From NCBI GenBank assembly GCA_018238155.1, contig JABCTZ010000017.1:1-64000 (forward strand): 64,000 bases of DNA, given 5' to 3'. The notes below the pieces were generated by a model. That model searched no databases. It saw nothing but the letters and a program-made list of their open reading frames with translations, and was not told where the DNA came from. The stretch is from Candidatus Heimdallarchaeota archaeon. Lineage in GTDB: Archaea; Asgardarchaeota; Heimdallarchaeia; JABLTI01. The stretch's first letter is position 1, and each line of letters begins with the position of its first letter. Positions 1 to 10,949 of the stretch are shown here, piece after piece. The position numbers and the translations under genes are program-made.

Positions 1-2
1 CT

Positions 3-143
3 TGGAAATGGTATGATCATTTACATGAGTTTGTATTTGGAGTTTTCAATCCTTTTGCAACAAAATATTGGTGTTCAAGCACAGGTCCTAATGGTTGTAC
101 AGCTAAATTTGATGCAAATTGGGCAAGATTTTACAGTTGCTAA
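3..143 (+). CDS. 3' end of a gene truncated by the window edge (unknown product)
   Basis: Open frame from position 3 (WKWYDHLHEF...WARFYSC) to TAA at 141-143. Confidence 0.4.
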   Translation, partial: WKWYDHLHEFVFGVFNPFATKYWCSSTGPNGCTAKFDANWARFYSC

Positions 144-228
144 TTGTAATAGAGACAGTATTGGATAACATAGGAGTAATTGAAGAAATACAAAAAGCTA
201 AAACAGATGATGACGGAACGGAAATAAT

Positions 229-852
229 ATGAGAACAAGTAAATTAATAACAACTCAAGGTAACAAAAATAGAATTAGGGCAAGTGTTATCATTTTGTTT
301 GTCTTGATATTTCTGTTTGGGACTTTGAGCTCGACAAAGAATAGTTTTGCATGTTCATATAATACTGAACATGTTATCATTTGCAATACACCTGAGACAG
401 ATATAGCCTTAATTTATGAGGAAGGTGTATTAGAGATGTATTGGGAAGTCTCCAATGAATACTTTGTAAGTTCGCCAATTTTGGGTATAAGTGCTATTTT
501 CCAAATTAATTGTACACTTTTAGCAATCTCAAATACCAGTGTATTGTTTAAATTTGATGATAATCCAGTTGAGCACTGGTCACCTTCCCCAGAGAACATA
601 ACTCTATTACCTGGTGAATCTTTTGAAGAAACATTTACATTAGAATCCAGTGAATTTCAAGGTGCAGGTGAATTCACTTATTTACCGACATTGCTAACAG
701 AAGGATCGAATGCCACAGTTAATTGGTGGTGGAAAGTTCTGAATAAAGGAGAAATAGCACCAGGAAATAGCTTTGTATACACTTTTGGTATTCTCTTACT
801 CTTTACAACTATTAATGCACTTGTTCTTAAAAAACAAAGAAAGAAAAAGTAA
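229..852 (+). CDS. Secreted/surface protein with N-terminal signal-like helix and C-terminal TM anchor plus basic tail
   Basis: Hydrophobic VIILFVLIFLFG near N-terminus; C-terminal PGNSF-TM-KKQRKKK resembles archaeal CTERM anchors. Confidence 0.7.
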   Translation: MRTSKLITTQGNKNRIRASVIILFVLIFLFGTLSSTKNSFACSYNTEHVIICNTPETDIALIYEEGVLEMYWEVSNEYFVSSPILGISAIFQINCTLLAISNTSVLFKFDDNPVEHWSPSPENITLLPGESFEETFTLESSEFQGAGEFTYLPTLLTEGSNATVNWWWKVLNKGEIAPGNSFVYTFGILLLFTTINALVLKKQRKKK

Positions 853-1599
853 TGGTTTTGAAAGACAAATTCATACTTTTTCTATTCATTTTTTTTTCAA
901 AAAACGCGATAATTGACTTTAAGAAAATCGTAAAAGAAATGAGACTGGGGAGAACTCGTAAAATTCTATTTTGAGAGACAGAACAATCTTAAACAATTTC
1001 CAGATACTCTATTGTGTAATTTTATTCGAGCACAAGCAAATAATATCACGATTATTCCAGAGAATAATTTGTGAAGCATATTAAATAGGGTTAACAAAAA
1101 ACAACGAAAATTAATACTGAAAAGGAGATAAAAAAAAAGTAGTAATACTAATGATTATTCAGTTTTTTTGAAAAACAAAGAAGGTGGAAAAAATAACGAA
1201 AACAGTGGATGAATCAAATAAATAAAAAAGGAAAAAAGAATAGGAGAGAAATCAAAGCAACCTGAGAGAGAACTAAAACGTTCCGCTCAGAGCGGTTAAA
1301 CGAGCAAATGATACTGTCCTTTATTGTTTCTTAACAATAAAAGTTGACTTAATACTAATTTGACTTTGAGCTTGTTTATTAAATGGTCGGCCACTTTAGA
1401 AATGTGCGTAATCATGAGAAAAGAGCTTATTTCAACATTTTTTCATTGAATAACTTGTAGTTTTACTTCTGTAGTGTGCATTAAAAACTACTATCTATGA
1501 TCATATATTTGAAATAAATTCTGTACCATTTTCAATTTTCAGTTGCACCCACAAAAGATAAAAGACCAAGTTTCTTCTTCTTTAATTGGTAATGATACG

Positions 1600-2154
1600 A
1601 TGAATGATACATCAGCTAAAGAACTAATCTTTAAGATTTTAGAGAAATCGGGAGCATTGAAATTCGGTGATTTCACACTTGCTTCCGGAGCAAAATCTAA
1701 ATATTACATTGATATGAGAATTATTCCAAATTTCCCCGAGGAATTTGAGCAATTGGTTGATCATGCTATCACATATATCAAGGCAACTATCCCTGACCTT
1801 GAGGGCATCGTTGGTATTCCTCTTGCAGCAATGCCATTTGGAACCTTGATTGCTTACAAACTCAAGTTACCTTACTATATTCTGCGAAAAGAACCTAAGA
1901 AACATGGTTTGAAAAAGTTAATAGAAGGTGAAATAAGGAAGGGACAGAAAATTCTCTTAGTTGATGACTTAATTTCAAGTGGTTTTAGTAAATTAGCAGC
2001 AATTACTGCTTTACGAGATGAAGGAGCAAAAGTGGATGATTTATTCGTTTTCATTGATCGTACTCCAGAGGGTTTGACCGAATTTGAAAAAGAGCACAAA
2101 ATAAATGTTCACTATTTAGTGAATGCTAAAGATATTCTTGAAAAGGCTCAATAA
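1600..2154 (+). CDS. pyrE: Orotate phosphoribosyltransferase
   Basis: FGDFTLASGAKSKYYID, RKEPKKHG and PRPP loop LLVDDLISSG; ATG at 1600 preferred over TTG at 1543. Confidence 0.93.
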   Translation: MNDTSAKELIFKILEKSGALKFGDFTLASGAKSKYYIDMRIIPNFPEEFEQLVDHAITYIKATIPDLEGIVGIPLAAMPFGTLIAYKLKLPYYILRKEPKKHGLKKLIEGEIRKGQKILLVDDLISSGFSKLAAITALRDEGAKVDDLFVFIDRTPEGLTEFEKEHKINVHYLVNAKDILEKAQ

Positions 2155-2211
2155 ATTGATAAGACAGATAATAGTAAAAACAAAGAATTACAAATCTGGA
2201 ATTGTTTATGC

Positions 2212-2958
2212 ATGAACTCTCGAGTCTCATCTAAAAAGTCAGCAATAATCCTTCTAAGTGGTGGATTAGATTCAACAGTTTGCCTTTGGTGGACAAAGCA
2301 ACAAGATTATACTCAAGTAGTCTGTCTTACCTTTGAATATGGTTCGAAAGAAGAGACAGTATTACATGCTGTTACTAAGAAACTGGGAGAGCTGGCTAAA
2401 GTTGATGACCATACATTCATCACTCTTGATTTCCTTGCAGAATTCTCAAAAAGAATTGGAAGCTCACTAGCAAAGGATAGTAACAAAACACTTCCAAAAC
2501 CTAAAACTGAGGATCTGGATGATGAAACAATTGGGAAAGAAAATGCTCAATCAGTTTGGATTCCTGCCAGAAATCTTGTCTTTCTCTCCATTGCTTCCTC
2601 CTATGCGGAAACACTGGGTGGAGAAGTTGACATCATTACCGGTTTCAATCTAGAGGAAGGTGCAACTTTTCCTGATAACACTCAAGAATTCATTGATGAT
2701 TTCACTAAAACTGCTTCACGAGGAGTTATGAATGCTCAAGTACAAATTTATTCACCGATATCTGGTATGGATAAAGCAGAGATAGTGAAGCTCGGGAGGA
2801 AGCTAAAAGTACCATTCGATTTTAGTAATTCTTGTTATGAACCTAAAGGTTTTGATGCTGGAAAAAGACCAATCCATTGTGGTGTATGTGAAAGTTGTAT
2901 GCGTAGGAAACGAGGCTTTAACGAAGCAGCCAATTCTGACCCCACAAAGTATGATTAG
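2212..2958 (+). CDS. queC: 7-cyano-7-deazaguanine synthase
   Basis: LSGGLDS PP-loop, WIPARN, FPDN, SCY...HCGVCESC zinc motif. Confidence 0.93.
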   Translation: MNSRVSSKKSAIILLSGGLDSTVCLWWTKQQDYTQVVCLTFEYGSKEETVLHAVTKKLGELAKVDDHTFITLDFLAEFSKRIGSSLAKDSNKTLPKPKTEDLDDETIGKENAQSVWIPARNLVFLSIASSYAETLGGEVDIITGFNLEEGATFPDNTQEFIDDFTKTASRGVMNAQVQIYSPISGMDKAEIVKLGRKLKVPFDFSNSCYEPKGFDAGKRPIHCGVCESCMRRKRGFNEAANSDPTKYD

Positions 2959-3014
2959 TAAAAAAACAATTAAAAATCGTAAACGATACTATTACATTAT
3001 CTGAGGGAAAAACA

Positions 3015-3827
3015 ATGAATCCAAACCAAGATGAAAACGATAACAAACCACCTGGTCATTTAGTCGAGATTTTTAGCTCCTACCAAGGAGAAGGAGGTTC
3101 TGTTAGAGGATCCTGCTTTGGTAGAAGACAAATATTTATTCGATTTGCTGGTTGTGATCTTCGCTGTGCATGGTGCGATTCAGCAAAATCCCGAGACCCC
3201 AAATACCCAGAATGTAAAGTAGAGATCAGTCCAGGAACATGGAAGTTCACTACTTATACAAATCCCATAGATGAAACATTCGTTCTCGATCAAATATTGA
3301 ATTTATCTACAAAGGACTTTCATTCTGTATCCCTTACGGGTGGAGAACCAGCTTATCAGGAGGATTTCTTTTACAAAATAGTTAATCGTCTGTACGATTT
3401 GGAATTACCAATTTTCCTCGAAACGGCAGGTTATTTTCCAGAACGAATTGAAAAAGTAGCCCATCTCCTCAGCTATTCTTGTGTTGATATTAAAGATCGA
3501 AGTGCAAAAAGTATCAAAAACAGTGATTGGGAAAAACTCGTTGAAAAAGAATTGAAAACATTAGCTATCTTAAATGAGCATTCCGTTAAAGCCTTTGCAA
3601 AATTAGTTGTTACTGAAGACACCTTAATAGACGATGTTCGAATGATTGCTGATAAAATGAGAGAGATAGTTTTACCGATAGTTATTCAACCCGTTACGCC
3701 AATAAATAACGTAGGACCAATATCTAATGAAAAATTGTTTAATATAACAGAAACGATTGCAGAGGTTTTGCCCACTGATTTATTTGGTGTATCAATACAA
3801 AGTCACAAAATATTCAATTTGTTATAG
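3015..3827 (+). CDS. queE: 7-carboxy-7-deazaguanine synthase (radical SAM)
   Basis: EIFSSYQGEG, IRFAGCDLRCAWCDS (CxxxCxxC), TGGEP; adjacent to queC. Confidence 0.9.
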   Translation: MNPNQDENDNKPPGHLVEIFSSYQGEGGSVRGSCFGRRQIFIRFAGCDLRCAWCDSAKSRDPKYPECKVEISPGTWKFTTYTNPIDETFVLDQILNLSTKDFHSVSLTGGEPAYQEDFFYKIVNRLYDLELPIFLETAGYFPERIEKVAHLLSYSCVDIKDRSAKSIKNSDWEKLVEKELKTLAILNEHSVKAFAKLVVTEDTLIDDVRMIADKMREIVLPIVIQPVTPINNVGPISNEKLFNITETIAEVLPTDLFGVSIQSHKIFNLL

Positions 3828-3956
3828 TATCCAGTAATTTAACATTCTTCATAAGTAAAAATGAAAAAAGGAACGGTAAATATTTCCTAGAATATTTTTT
3901 GATTTTCACTCCAATTTCTGCAATTTAATTAATTCTGACATTGAAGTTTCTGATTT

Positions 3957-4607
3957 CTATTTGAACATTTTTAAAATCAAACTGTAGACATATTTGTGAA
4001 ATTCCATTTTGTTAAATTCTTCTGATTCAAGACCTTCAAAGAAGCCTGCTTGAATAGGTGATGTTATTATAGCTGGTCCAAGAACAAATCCCCATAATGC
4101 TAACGAAAAATACATCGAATTTGGAGTATTCAGCTCTCCAGAATTCACTGCTTGAGAAACCGTTTTAAACAAATTTGTAAAACCGCCCCTGTTGCATTTT
4201 AGCTCATTAGGGCCTGGTTTTTCGCTATTTGCTTTCGGAGGGTCATGTAGAAACATGAATTTAAATAGTGGGAAATTTCTGAGTGACAATTCAAGAAATG
4301 CTTTTCCGAATTTTCCTACTAACTCCAAGTTATTGCCTTTATGCTCTCCTTCCATTTTGTCCCATTCTTTTGCTAATTGATCGAACGCTCTATTTTGACA
4401 TGCAAACCACAACTCTCTCTTATTATCTACATACTTGTACAATCCACTTACTGTAATGTTTAACTCTCTTGCCAAGTTACGTAAACTCATATTTTGCCCA
4501 TCTTTGAGAAATAATTCAGTTCCTTTATCTACTATCTTCTCCATTCTTTCCTTCTTCTTTTCCAGACTTCTATTTCTACTACTTTTCTTCTCAGACATTA
4601 TCTTCAC
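3957..4607 (-). CDS. TetR/AcrR-family transcriptional regulator
   Basis: N-terminal HTH SLRNLARELNITVSGLYKYVDNKREL, helical C-terminal domain. Confidence 0.88.
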   Translation of the reverse strand: MKIMSEKKSSRNRSLEKKKERMEKIVDKGTELFLKDGQNMSLRNLARELNITVSGLYKYVDNKRELWFACQNRAFDQLAKEWDKMEGEHKGNNLELVGKFGKAFLELSLRNFPLFKFMFLHDPPKANSEKPGPNELKCNRGGFTNLFKTVSQAVNSGELNTPNSMYFSLALWGFVLGPAIITSPIQAGFFEGLESEEFNKMEFHKYVYSLILKMFK

Positions 4608-4610
4608 TTA

Positions 4611-4676
4611 AGAGAACACTATTCGCTATATTTATATACTTTTACGACTACCTTATCCGAGAGAACGATGTTCTCT
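4611..4676. promoter_or_regulatory. Probable TetR operator pair in the divergent intergenic region
   Basis: Perfect palindrome AGAGAAC-GAT-GTTCTCT at 4660-4676 and degenerate copy AGAGAAC-ACT-ATTCGCT at 4611-4627. Confidence 0.65.
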
Positions 4677-4729
4677 TAAATAGATATTATCTTTGAGATA
4701 ACAAAAAACTGAGCAAGAGGAAAATAATA

Positions 4730-6520
4730 ATGAAAATAGATTTGAAGAAAGTTTTACTTTCGGTAATAAAATATTCACCATTTGTTTATCTGATATTATT
4801 GAGTATATTGAGTAGTATTTATCTTTATGATGTAGGAACATTGCTGATTCCAACGATAATATTCAGTTCGTTGCTTACTATAAATCTTGTATTAGCAATA
4901 ATCTTGCGAGTAAATGATTACTTCATATATGGTATCTCAACTGTTGCATTAATTGGAAGCATTTTTGTATTTACAATTCGATCAGTTGGGCAACTTTATT
5001 TGGAAAATGTTGTAGCTTGTATATACATTGGCTTGTTTTGTGTAGCATTTTTACCACCAATTTTCAAGTTAAAGCCATTTACTTTTAGCTTTTCAGAAGC
5101 AAGTTATCCAGAAGCTATTACTAAGTCCAAAGTATTTTTGAAAATTAATCTGGTAATAAATTATCTTTGGGCGCTCATTTTTGCAGGATCTTTTCTGCTA
5201 ACAATAATAAAGTACTCGGAGATTAAAGCGGTACAAATTCCACTTTCAATAATTCTGCCAATTGTTTTACAAATGTCGATTGGTATTCCTGCGACGATAA
5301 AACTTCCGGCATTATTAATGAAAGGAGAATCTGGTGCTAGGAAGAATATTTCATCCGTTAAAGAATTATTAGAGACCATGCCTTTAGGTCTGAACAAAGA
5401 TAAAGCCAAAGGTTTGGATATTATAATACAATTTCTCCTCACTGGAGATGAACCAATAGAAGGTTATCTCGAGATAAAAAACTCTAGCTGTAGATATATT
5501 GAAGGTGTTCATCCGACTCCAACTACAACGATAAAAGCTGATTCAAACCTATGGTTGGGGATTTCAAATAATGAGATATCTGGAACTAAATCCTATATCA
5601 ACAATGAATACAAAGTAGAAGGTAATATGTCAATATTAATGGAACTAGGCTCCTTATTCTCCCCCTCCTCCAATCCTTCCGAAATAATCCAGAAAAAAGA
5701 GAAAAATCCTACAAGTGAGAGAGATGAAACAAGTTATACAAGTTTTGCTCCTGGAAAGATAAAGAATGTAATAGTCTTTGATAGTGGTCCAAGAAATAGA
5801 ACACTTAGCAAAACAACATTTATGGTGGATAAATTCATTGAAGGAATAGAAGCTATGGGAGCAAAAGTGGAATATATTCAGTTGAAAAATGCTGAAATAA
5901 AGGATTGTAAGGGGTGTTATAATTGCTGGACGATAACTCCTGGAAAGTGTGTTTACAAAGATGATATGCCAGAACTTTTGATTAAATATCGAAAAGCAGA
6001 TCTAATTGTTTTCGCTTCCCCTCTCTATATTTATAATGTGAATGGAATTATGAAGCGATTTCTTGATAGATTGATTCCAATAGTTTTGCCATATATGGAC
6101 ATCCATGTAGACGGTTTTATACAACATCCTGATAGATTCCCTGAGATGGGGAAACAAGGTTTCGTTGTATTTAGTGCTGCCGGATTTCCAGATGTGAAGA
6201 ATAACTTTGATGGTTTGGTTTCAATGTTTAAAATGTTCGATATGCATAATGAAAACTTGCACATGATGGGTGAATTTTATTTACCTGCAGCTGAAACAAT
6301 TGTTCAAAAAGTGTATACAAAAAGATTTGAACTCGTGGCAGAAAATTGTAGAAAGGCAGGTGAACAAATCATTAAACATGGAAAGATTGATACCATTCTA
6401 ATGGATCAATTACAAGAACATGATTATTCAGCAGAACGATTTAAAGAAGACTCGAATTATTTTTGGGAAAGGTTAGAAGGAAAATTATCTTATCTAAAAG
6501 AAATCCCAAAAATCAAATAA
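4730..6520 (+). CDS. Fusion of multi-TM domain, SCP2 sterol/lipid-binding domain and iron-sulfur flavoprotein (NADPH-dependent FMN reductase family)
   Basis: About 6 TM helices; SCP2-like IIQFLLTGDE...TTIKADSNLW...YKVEGNM; C-terminal CKGCYNCW...C and ASPLY flavodoxin motifs. Confidence 0.8.
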   Translation: MKIDLKKVLLSVIKYSPFVYLILLSILSSIYLYDVGTLLIPTIIFSSLLTINLVLAIILRVNDYFIYGISTVALIGSIFVFTIRSVGQLYLENVVACIYIGLFCVAFLPPIFKLKPFTFSFSEASYPEAITKSKVFLKINLVINYLWALIFAGSFLLTIIKYSEIKAVQIPLSIILPIVLQMSIGIPATIKLPALLMKGESGARKNISSVKELLETMPLGLNKDKAKGLDIIIQFLLTGDEPIEGYLEIKNSSCRYIEGVHPTPTTTIKADSNLWLGISNNEISGTKSYINNEYKVEGNMSILMELGSLFSPSSNPSEIIQKKEKNPTSERDETSYTSFAPGKIKNVIVFDSGPRNRTLSKTTFMVDKFIEGIEAMGAKVEYIQLKNAEIKDCKGCYNCWTITPGKCVYKDDMPELLIKYRKADLIVFASPLYIYNVNGIMKRFLDRLIPIVLPYMDIHVDGFIQHPDRFPEMGKQGFVVFSAAGFPDVKNNFDGLVSMFKMFDMHNENLHMMGEFYLPAAETIVQKVYTKRFELVAENCRKAGEQIIKHGKIDTILMDQLQEHDYSAERFKEDSNYFWERLEGKLSYLKEIPKIK

Positions 6521-6736
6521 AAAATAGTTAAATTGTCAGAACAGCTTCTGTTCTGGTAATTAACTATATTCAAATCTTACTCTTCACCTTTTGTAGTATT
6601 TCTTGAATAATTTGTTTCTACAAATTTCGAATCATCTATTACAAAATGATTATTTATATCTAAAACAAATAAAAATAGCTCTTATGAAAAAAGAAAAATC
6701 TCCAAAATCTTTTTGCTGTGATTCTGGAAAAAAAGA

Positions 6737-7072
6737 TTACTCTAATTTCTGCAGTTTGATTATATCAGGCATAGAAGCTTTAATTTTGATCTTACCTTGA
6801 TTGTATAGCTTCAAACCTTTTACTTTACCATGCATTAAATCTAACCAGTCATCAGTTGCTATTTTATAACTAATTTCAGGTTTTTCTACCTGACCTTTTA
6901 CAGGCTCTTCTGGGAAACCATTGACGAGTTTAATGTACCAGTATTCTTCAATATCTGTAAAGTGGTATTGCATAGTCTTGTTCCATTTTTTGAAATGTCT
7001 GGTGAGCTTTTCGTTTGTTATTTTACTTCGAAAATTATTCAATTCAGCTCTTATTTCTTCATCTGTGACCAT
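6737..7072 (-). CDS. SCP2 sterol-binding domain protein
   Basis: Typical SCP2 C-terminus DWLDLMHGKVKGLKLYNQGKIKIKA. Confidence 0.8.
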   Translation of the reverse strand: MVTDEEIRAELNNFRSKITNEKLTRHFKKWNKTMQYHFTDIEEYWYIKLVNGFPEEPVKGQVEKPEISYKIATDDWLDLMHGKVKGLKLYNQGKIKIKASMPDIIKLQKLE

Positions 7073-7109
7073 TTAATTTACCTCCAAAAAAGTGAAATGA
7101 TTGGACATA

Positions 7110-7370
7110 TTATCCAAACTCAAATCTTACACCGGTTCCTCCTTTAGGTTCACTAAAAATAACTGCATCAAAGTCGCAAATATTCCAGCAAGCACCACAT
7201 TCAGCACAATCCTTCAAATTCTTTGGTCGATAGATTTTACCATCTTTTACCCAAACATTTCTTGTACAGAATTTAGCACAATCGCCGCATCCAGTGCACT
7301 TTTCTTCATCTACTTTGATGAATTCACCAGTATCACCAGGATAGTAATCTACTTTCATTTCAACTTTCAT
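7110..7370 (-). CDS. 2x[4Fe-4S] ferredoxin (FixX-like)
   Basis: CTGCGDCAKFC and CAECGACWNIC; ends PKGGTGVRFEFG. Confidence 0.9.
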   Translation of the reverse strand: MKVEMKVDYYPGDTGEFIKVDEEKCTGCGDCAKFCTRNVWVKDGKIYRPKNLKDCAECGACWNICDFDAVIFSEPKGGTGVRFEFG

Positions 7371-8671
7371 TTTTCAGCCCTCATTTTTTTGTATATTTCA
7401 ACAGATTCAGAACCCACTTGTCTGTAGGGTTGAATAAAATCATAGAAATCTTTTGCATCTTGCACTAGACTCATATCATCTTCATCTGCTCCTTTCATCC
7501 AGTTTGAATGAATTGCATTGCTGATGAATCCACCTCCAATGACGACATTTTGCATCATTGCTGCTATTTCTTCATCTGGCATTGATTGGATTGATTTTTT
7601 ATTCAAATCAGCAACATAGCGGAAACTTTGTAAGAAAGTATTTTCATTAAATTTGCCCATGAAGTTTTCTTCTAAGAACTCTGCTGAGAAATCGTTTGCT
7701 TCAATTGCTTTTGCTGCTACTTCAGCTGCATAGATGCCCGTGAAAAATGCTTCTGGCATTCCTTCACCCAGGAACGGAATTACGAATCCTCCCGCATCAC
7801 CAGTTAGGATCAATCTGTTTTTCGTTCTTTTTTCAATTCCTTCATCATATTCGAGATGCAATCCCCATGCTTCTACTCGTCCCCCTTCTAGTTTTTCTTT
7901 AATCACTGGGAGATTGATGAGATTCTGCATGTAATCATTAACTGATTTAATATCTCCTTTGAATAATTCATCATCCATATAGCCACCTGTTCCGATTGTG
8001 ACTACATCTTTCTTTGGAAAGATCCACGGCCATGTCTTGTGTTGAGTATTGGGTGCTAAGAAATAATAGATTGAATTACCAAATCGTTCATTGACAACTT
8101 CCTCTCCTAACCAGACATTCAGGATGGTATAGAGAATCATATTTTTTCCTTTTCTCTTTGGAATAAGTCCTGCTTTTCGACCAATTATTGAATTTACTCC
8201 TGCGGCATCAATAATCACTTTTCCGAAGTATTTTTCACCCGAATCAGTTACTACTCCGGTAATCGTTCCATTTTCTTCAATGATGTCAATAACGGTTGTT
8301 GATAGCTTAACTTCTGCTCCTGCTTTCTTTGCTTCTTCAGTGTGCCACGCATCGAATTCGTCTCTTCTTACAGAAAGCAAAATTAATCCTTCACTAGGGG
8401 TTTCACGCATCATTGTTGTTCTTTCTGGTGTTACCATGTAGGAATGCATTTCAGTTATTTCACGTTCAACTGGTCCTTTCATTAAATAATGTAAATCAGG
8501 ATCAATCAAAGCAGCCATATTCAAACAAGTACCAGAAACGTTTTTCTCTCCTGGTTTTTGAGATTTTTCTAAAAGAAGAACTTTCAAGCCGAGCTCTGCA
8601 GCTTTCTTTGCTGCTGCCGGTCCCGCACATCCAGCGCCAACTACTATAATATCATATTCAGAGTTTCCCAT
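7367..8671 (-). CDS. FAD-dependent oxidoreductase, geranylgeranyl reductase/FixC family
   Basis: VVGAGCAG, RDEFDAW, WPWIFPK, TGDAGG...GEGM; overlaps the ferredoxin start. Confidence 0.85.
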   Translation of the reverse strand: MGNSEYDIIVVGAGCAGPAAAKKAAELGLKVLLLEKSQKPGEKNVSGTCLNMAALIDPDLHYLMKGPVEREITEMHSYMVTPERTTMMRETPSEGLILLSVRRDEFDAWHTEEAKKAGAEVKLSTTVIDIIEENGTITGVVTDSGEKYFGKVIIDAAGVNSIIGRKAGLIPKRKGKNMILYTILNVWLGEEVVNERFGNSIYYFLAPNTQHKTWPWIFPKKDVVTIGTGGYMDDELFKGDIKSVNDYMQNLINLPVIKEKLEGGRVEAWGLHLEYDEGIEKRTKNRLILTGDAGGFVIPFLGEGMPEAFFTGIYAAEVAAKAIEANDFSAEFLEENFMGKFNENTFLQSFRYVADLNKKSIQSMPDEEIAAMMQNVVIGGGFISNAIHSNWMKGADEDDMSLVQDAKDFYDFIQPYRQVGSESVEIYKKMRAEK

Positions 8672-9040
8672 AGGTGGTTCAACTATTTATTGTTGGTAAT
8701 ATTATGAATAGGCAGAGTGTTCCTTAACTCAAACCTAATATTGTTGGAAATAATGTTTTCATTAGAACTTGGTAGTTTTTAACATTTTCCCATTAAGTAT
8801 CAATTTAACAGTTCCACTTAATCCTAGATACAATAACCTTGGATTAATGGTTTGGAATTTAACGGTAAAATTTTTATCTATTTTAAAAGCAAAAGATACG
8901 TTTTAGGAATCCAATGTGCATTTCTTCTGCTGAAATAAGAAATACAACTAGAATTTCATTATTGTTTTACTTCCACTTTATCAACCATTTGTTGAACACC
9001 AACTTATTAATATCAAATCTATTTTTCAACTGGTGGTAAT

Positions 9041-9739
9041 ATGAAAATTATTGGTATTTGTAGTAGTCCATCTATAAACGGTAACACTGGCGTTTTAGTA
9101 AAAAGCTTACTAGGTGAATTAGAAAATCTTGGAGCTGAAATTGAGTTCATTGATTTAGCTCGAGAAGAATTGCAGTTCTGTCGAGGTTGTATGTCCTGTT
9201 TGCGAACTGGTCAATGTATCATCCCCGATTCTCTGAATGAAATACGGAATAAGATGGCTGTTGCTGATGGACTCATCCTTGGTTCTCCCTCTTATGGTAT
9301 CCGACCAAATGCTATTATGAAGAATTTCCTTGACCGCGTTGGTTTGTTTAACGCATATGCTGCAATGTTTGGTGATAAGTACATTATTGGAGTATCAACA
9401 GCTGGTGGAATCGGTGCAAAACAAGTTGCGAAACAACTTACTGATCTTGTCATTTGTCCATTCAAGCAAGGTAAAATCGTAGGTACACTTCATGCTCATG
9501 TAGGAGTTAAAAGAGTTGAAGAATTACCTGATATCGACAAGAAAATTTCAAAACTTGCGCTAAAGATGTTCAATGCAATTGAACGAAAACGTCGATTTCC
9601 TTTTCAGAAATTATTCAAAAAAATTTTGTTTGGAATATTGTTGAGAAGAATCTTCATTAATAATCTAATGAGAAATAAGGATGGTCGAATGAAAGCAGTT
9701 TATGAGTATCTTATTGAAAAGAAAATACTTGCTGCTTAA
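9041..9739 (+). CDS. Flavodoxin-family / iron-sulfur flavoprotein
   Basis: SSPSINGNT, CRGCMSC...C, GSPSY. Confidence 0.85.
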   Translation: MKIIGICSSPSINGNTGVLVKSLLGELENLGAEIEFIDLAREELQFCRGCMSCLRTGQCIIPDSLNEIRNKMAVADGLILGSPSYGIRPNAIMKNFLDRVGLFNAYAAMFGDKYIIGVSTAGGIGAKQVAKQLTDLVICPFKQGKIVGTLHAHVGVKRVEELPDIDKKISKLALKMFNAIERKRRFPFQKLFKKILFGILLRRIFINNLMRNKDGRMKAVYEYLIEKKILAA

Positions 9740-9762
9740 TATCCTCTTTTTTTCAGTTATTT

Positions 9763-10643
9763 TTAGAATTCATCAAAAATATTCATTCTCCAAGTTTCGA
9801 AGAAATAGCCAGTATATATTACTCGTAATATTACATCTTTAAAATTTGAAGTATCAAATTTCTCATATGCTTTTTGCAGTTTTCTTGAAGCCTCAAACCA
9901 AGTTGTTAGCATAATTAAATTGGTGATATTTTTAAATGTTTGAAGAAATATAATATTGGGGTACTCTTTGTGAAATTGAAAAGTTTCCTCATTGAGGTTT
10001 TGCTCTTCACTTAGATACAATTCGAAATTTCCAATTATGTCTTTCTCTGAATCTGGTGCCCAAAAAATCGAAAAATCAACCATTTTTTTATCTTGCATAC
10101 GTTTCAATGATTTTCTAATTGTTTTTGTTGAAATACCTATTTCAACTGCAATATCTACTGTAGACTTTCTACCATTCTCACTTAATGCACTTAAGATTGC
10201 AATATCCGTTTTTGTGAATGTTTCTGGGGTTTCTACTTTTGGTTGGTTGATATAACCAATAAATGGGTTCGATAACTTTGCTGTTTCAGTTACAAAAGAA
10301 CAGTATTCTTGGATATCATCATCTTTCCTTAATTCACCATCTATTAGAAGGTGTTTTCCTCCTGTAATACCAATAAAGAAAACTGATTCGTGTTTTCCTA
10401 ATTCCTGACACATCTCTGTGACTGCCTTTTCATTTGAAATTCCACTAATTAGCACTTGTTGACCTTGTAAATTTGCTAGATTGGGTGTTGCGGTAAATTT
10501 TCGTATGACTTCTAATTCACAAAGATTTTTCACTCTTTTATGGATAGCATTAACTGTCATCTCTAGCTGAGTAGCTATTTTTCGATATGATGTCCGAGAA
10601 TTTCTAAGAAGTATTTAATAATTGCTAGATCCGTGATATCCAT
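9763..10643 (-). pseudogene. Double-HTH Lrp/AsnC-family regulator with a 1-nt frameshift near codon 10
   Basis: ATG at 10643 gives MDITDLAIIK; adding one A at 10614-10616 continues as ILLRNSRTSYRKIATQLEMTVNAIHKRV into the 265-aa ORF; second HTH at TDIAILSALSENGRKS. Confidence 0.75.
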
Positions 10644-10949
10644 TTTAATCAACCAAATATACCACTGTTTTATTGTTCAATTTGTGTGACAGAGTTTAAT
10701 AACAATTGTCTTTCTATCCTTTGATGAAACAGATATGTTGCAAGAATTTTTTTGTTAATATTTCTTTAATTTAGGAAAAAAGAAACGATACTTTGATTTG
10801 TTATTACTTGTTATTTCTCATTTTTTATATTACCAATTTATTTATGTGTAAATTCATCAAAAGGTGACTTGAAATTACAAATTGAATAATTGGCAATATT
10901 TAATTACTCCCTAGTCAATAGGAAGATACAATAAAATAAAAAGAGGTAA

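Noticed and set aside
853-1599. Long A-rich intergenic region with a small GC hairpin (CCGCT-CAG-AGCGG near 1283-1295) as ncRNA or IS remnant
   Set aside because: No terminal inverted repeats, transposase fragment or recognisable RNA family motif
2212-3827. queC/queE as a 7-deazaguanine DNA-modification (dpd) system
   Set aside because: No dpdA/TGT-like gene nearby; housekeeping context with pyrE fits archaeosine precursor synthesis
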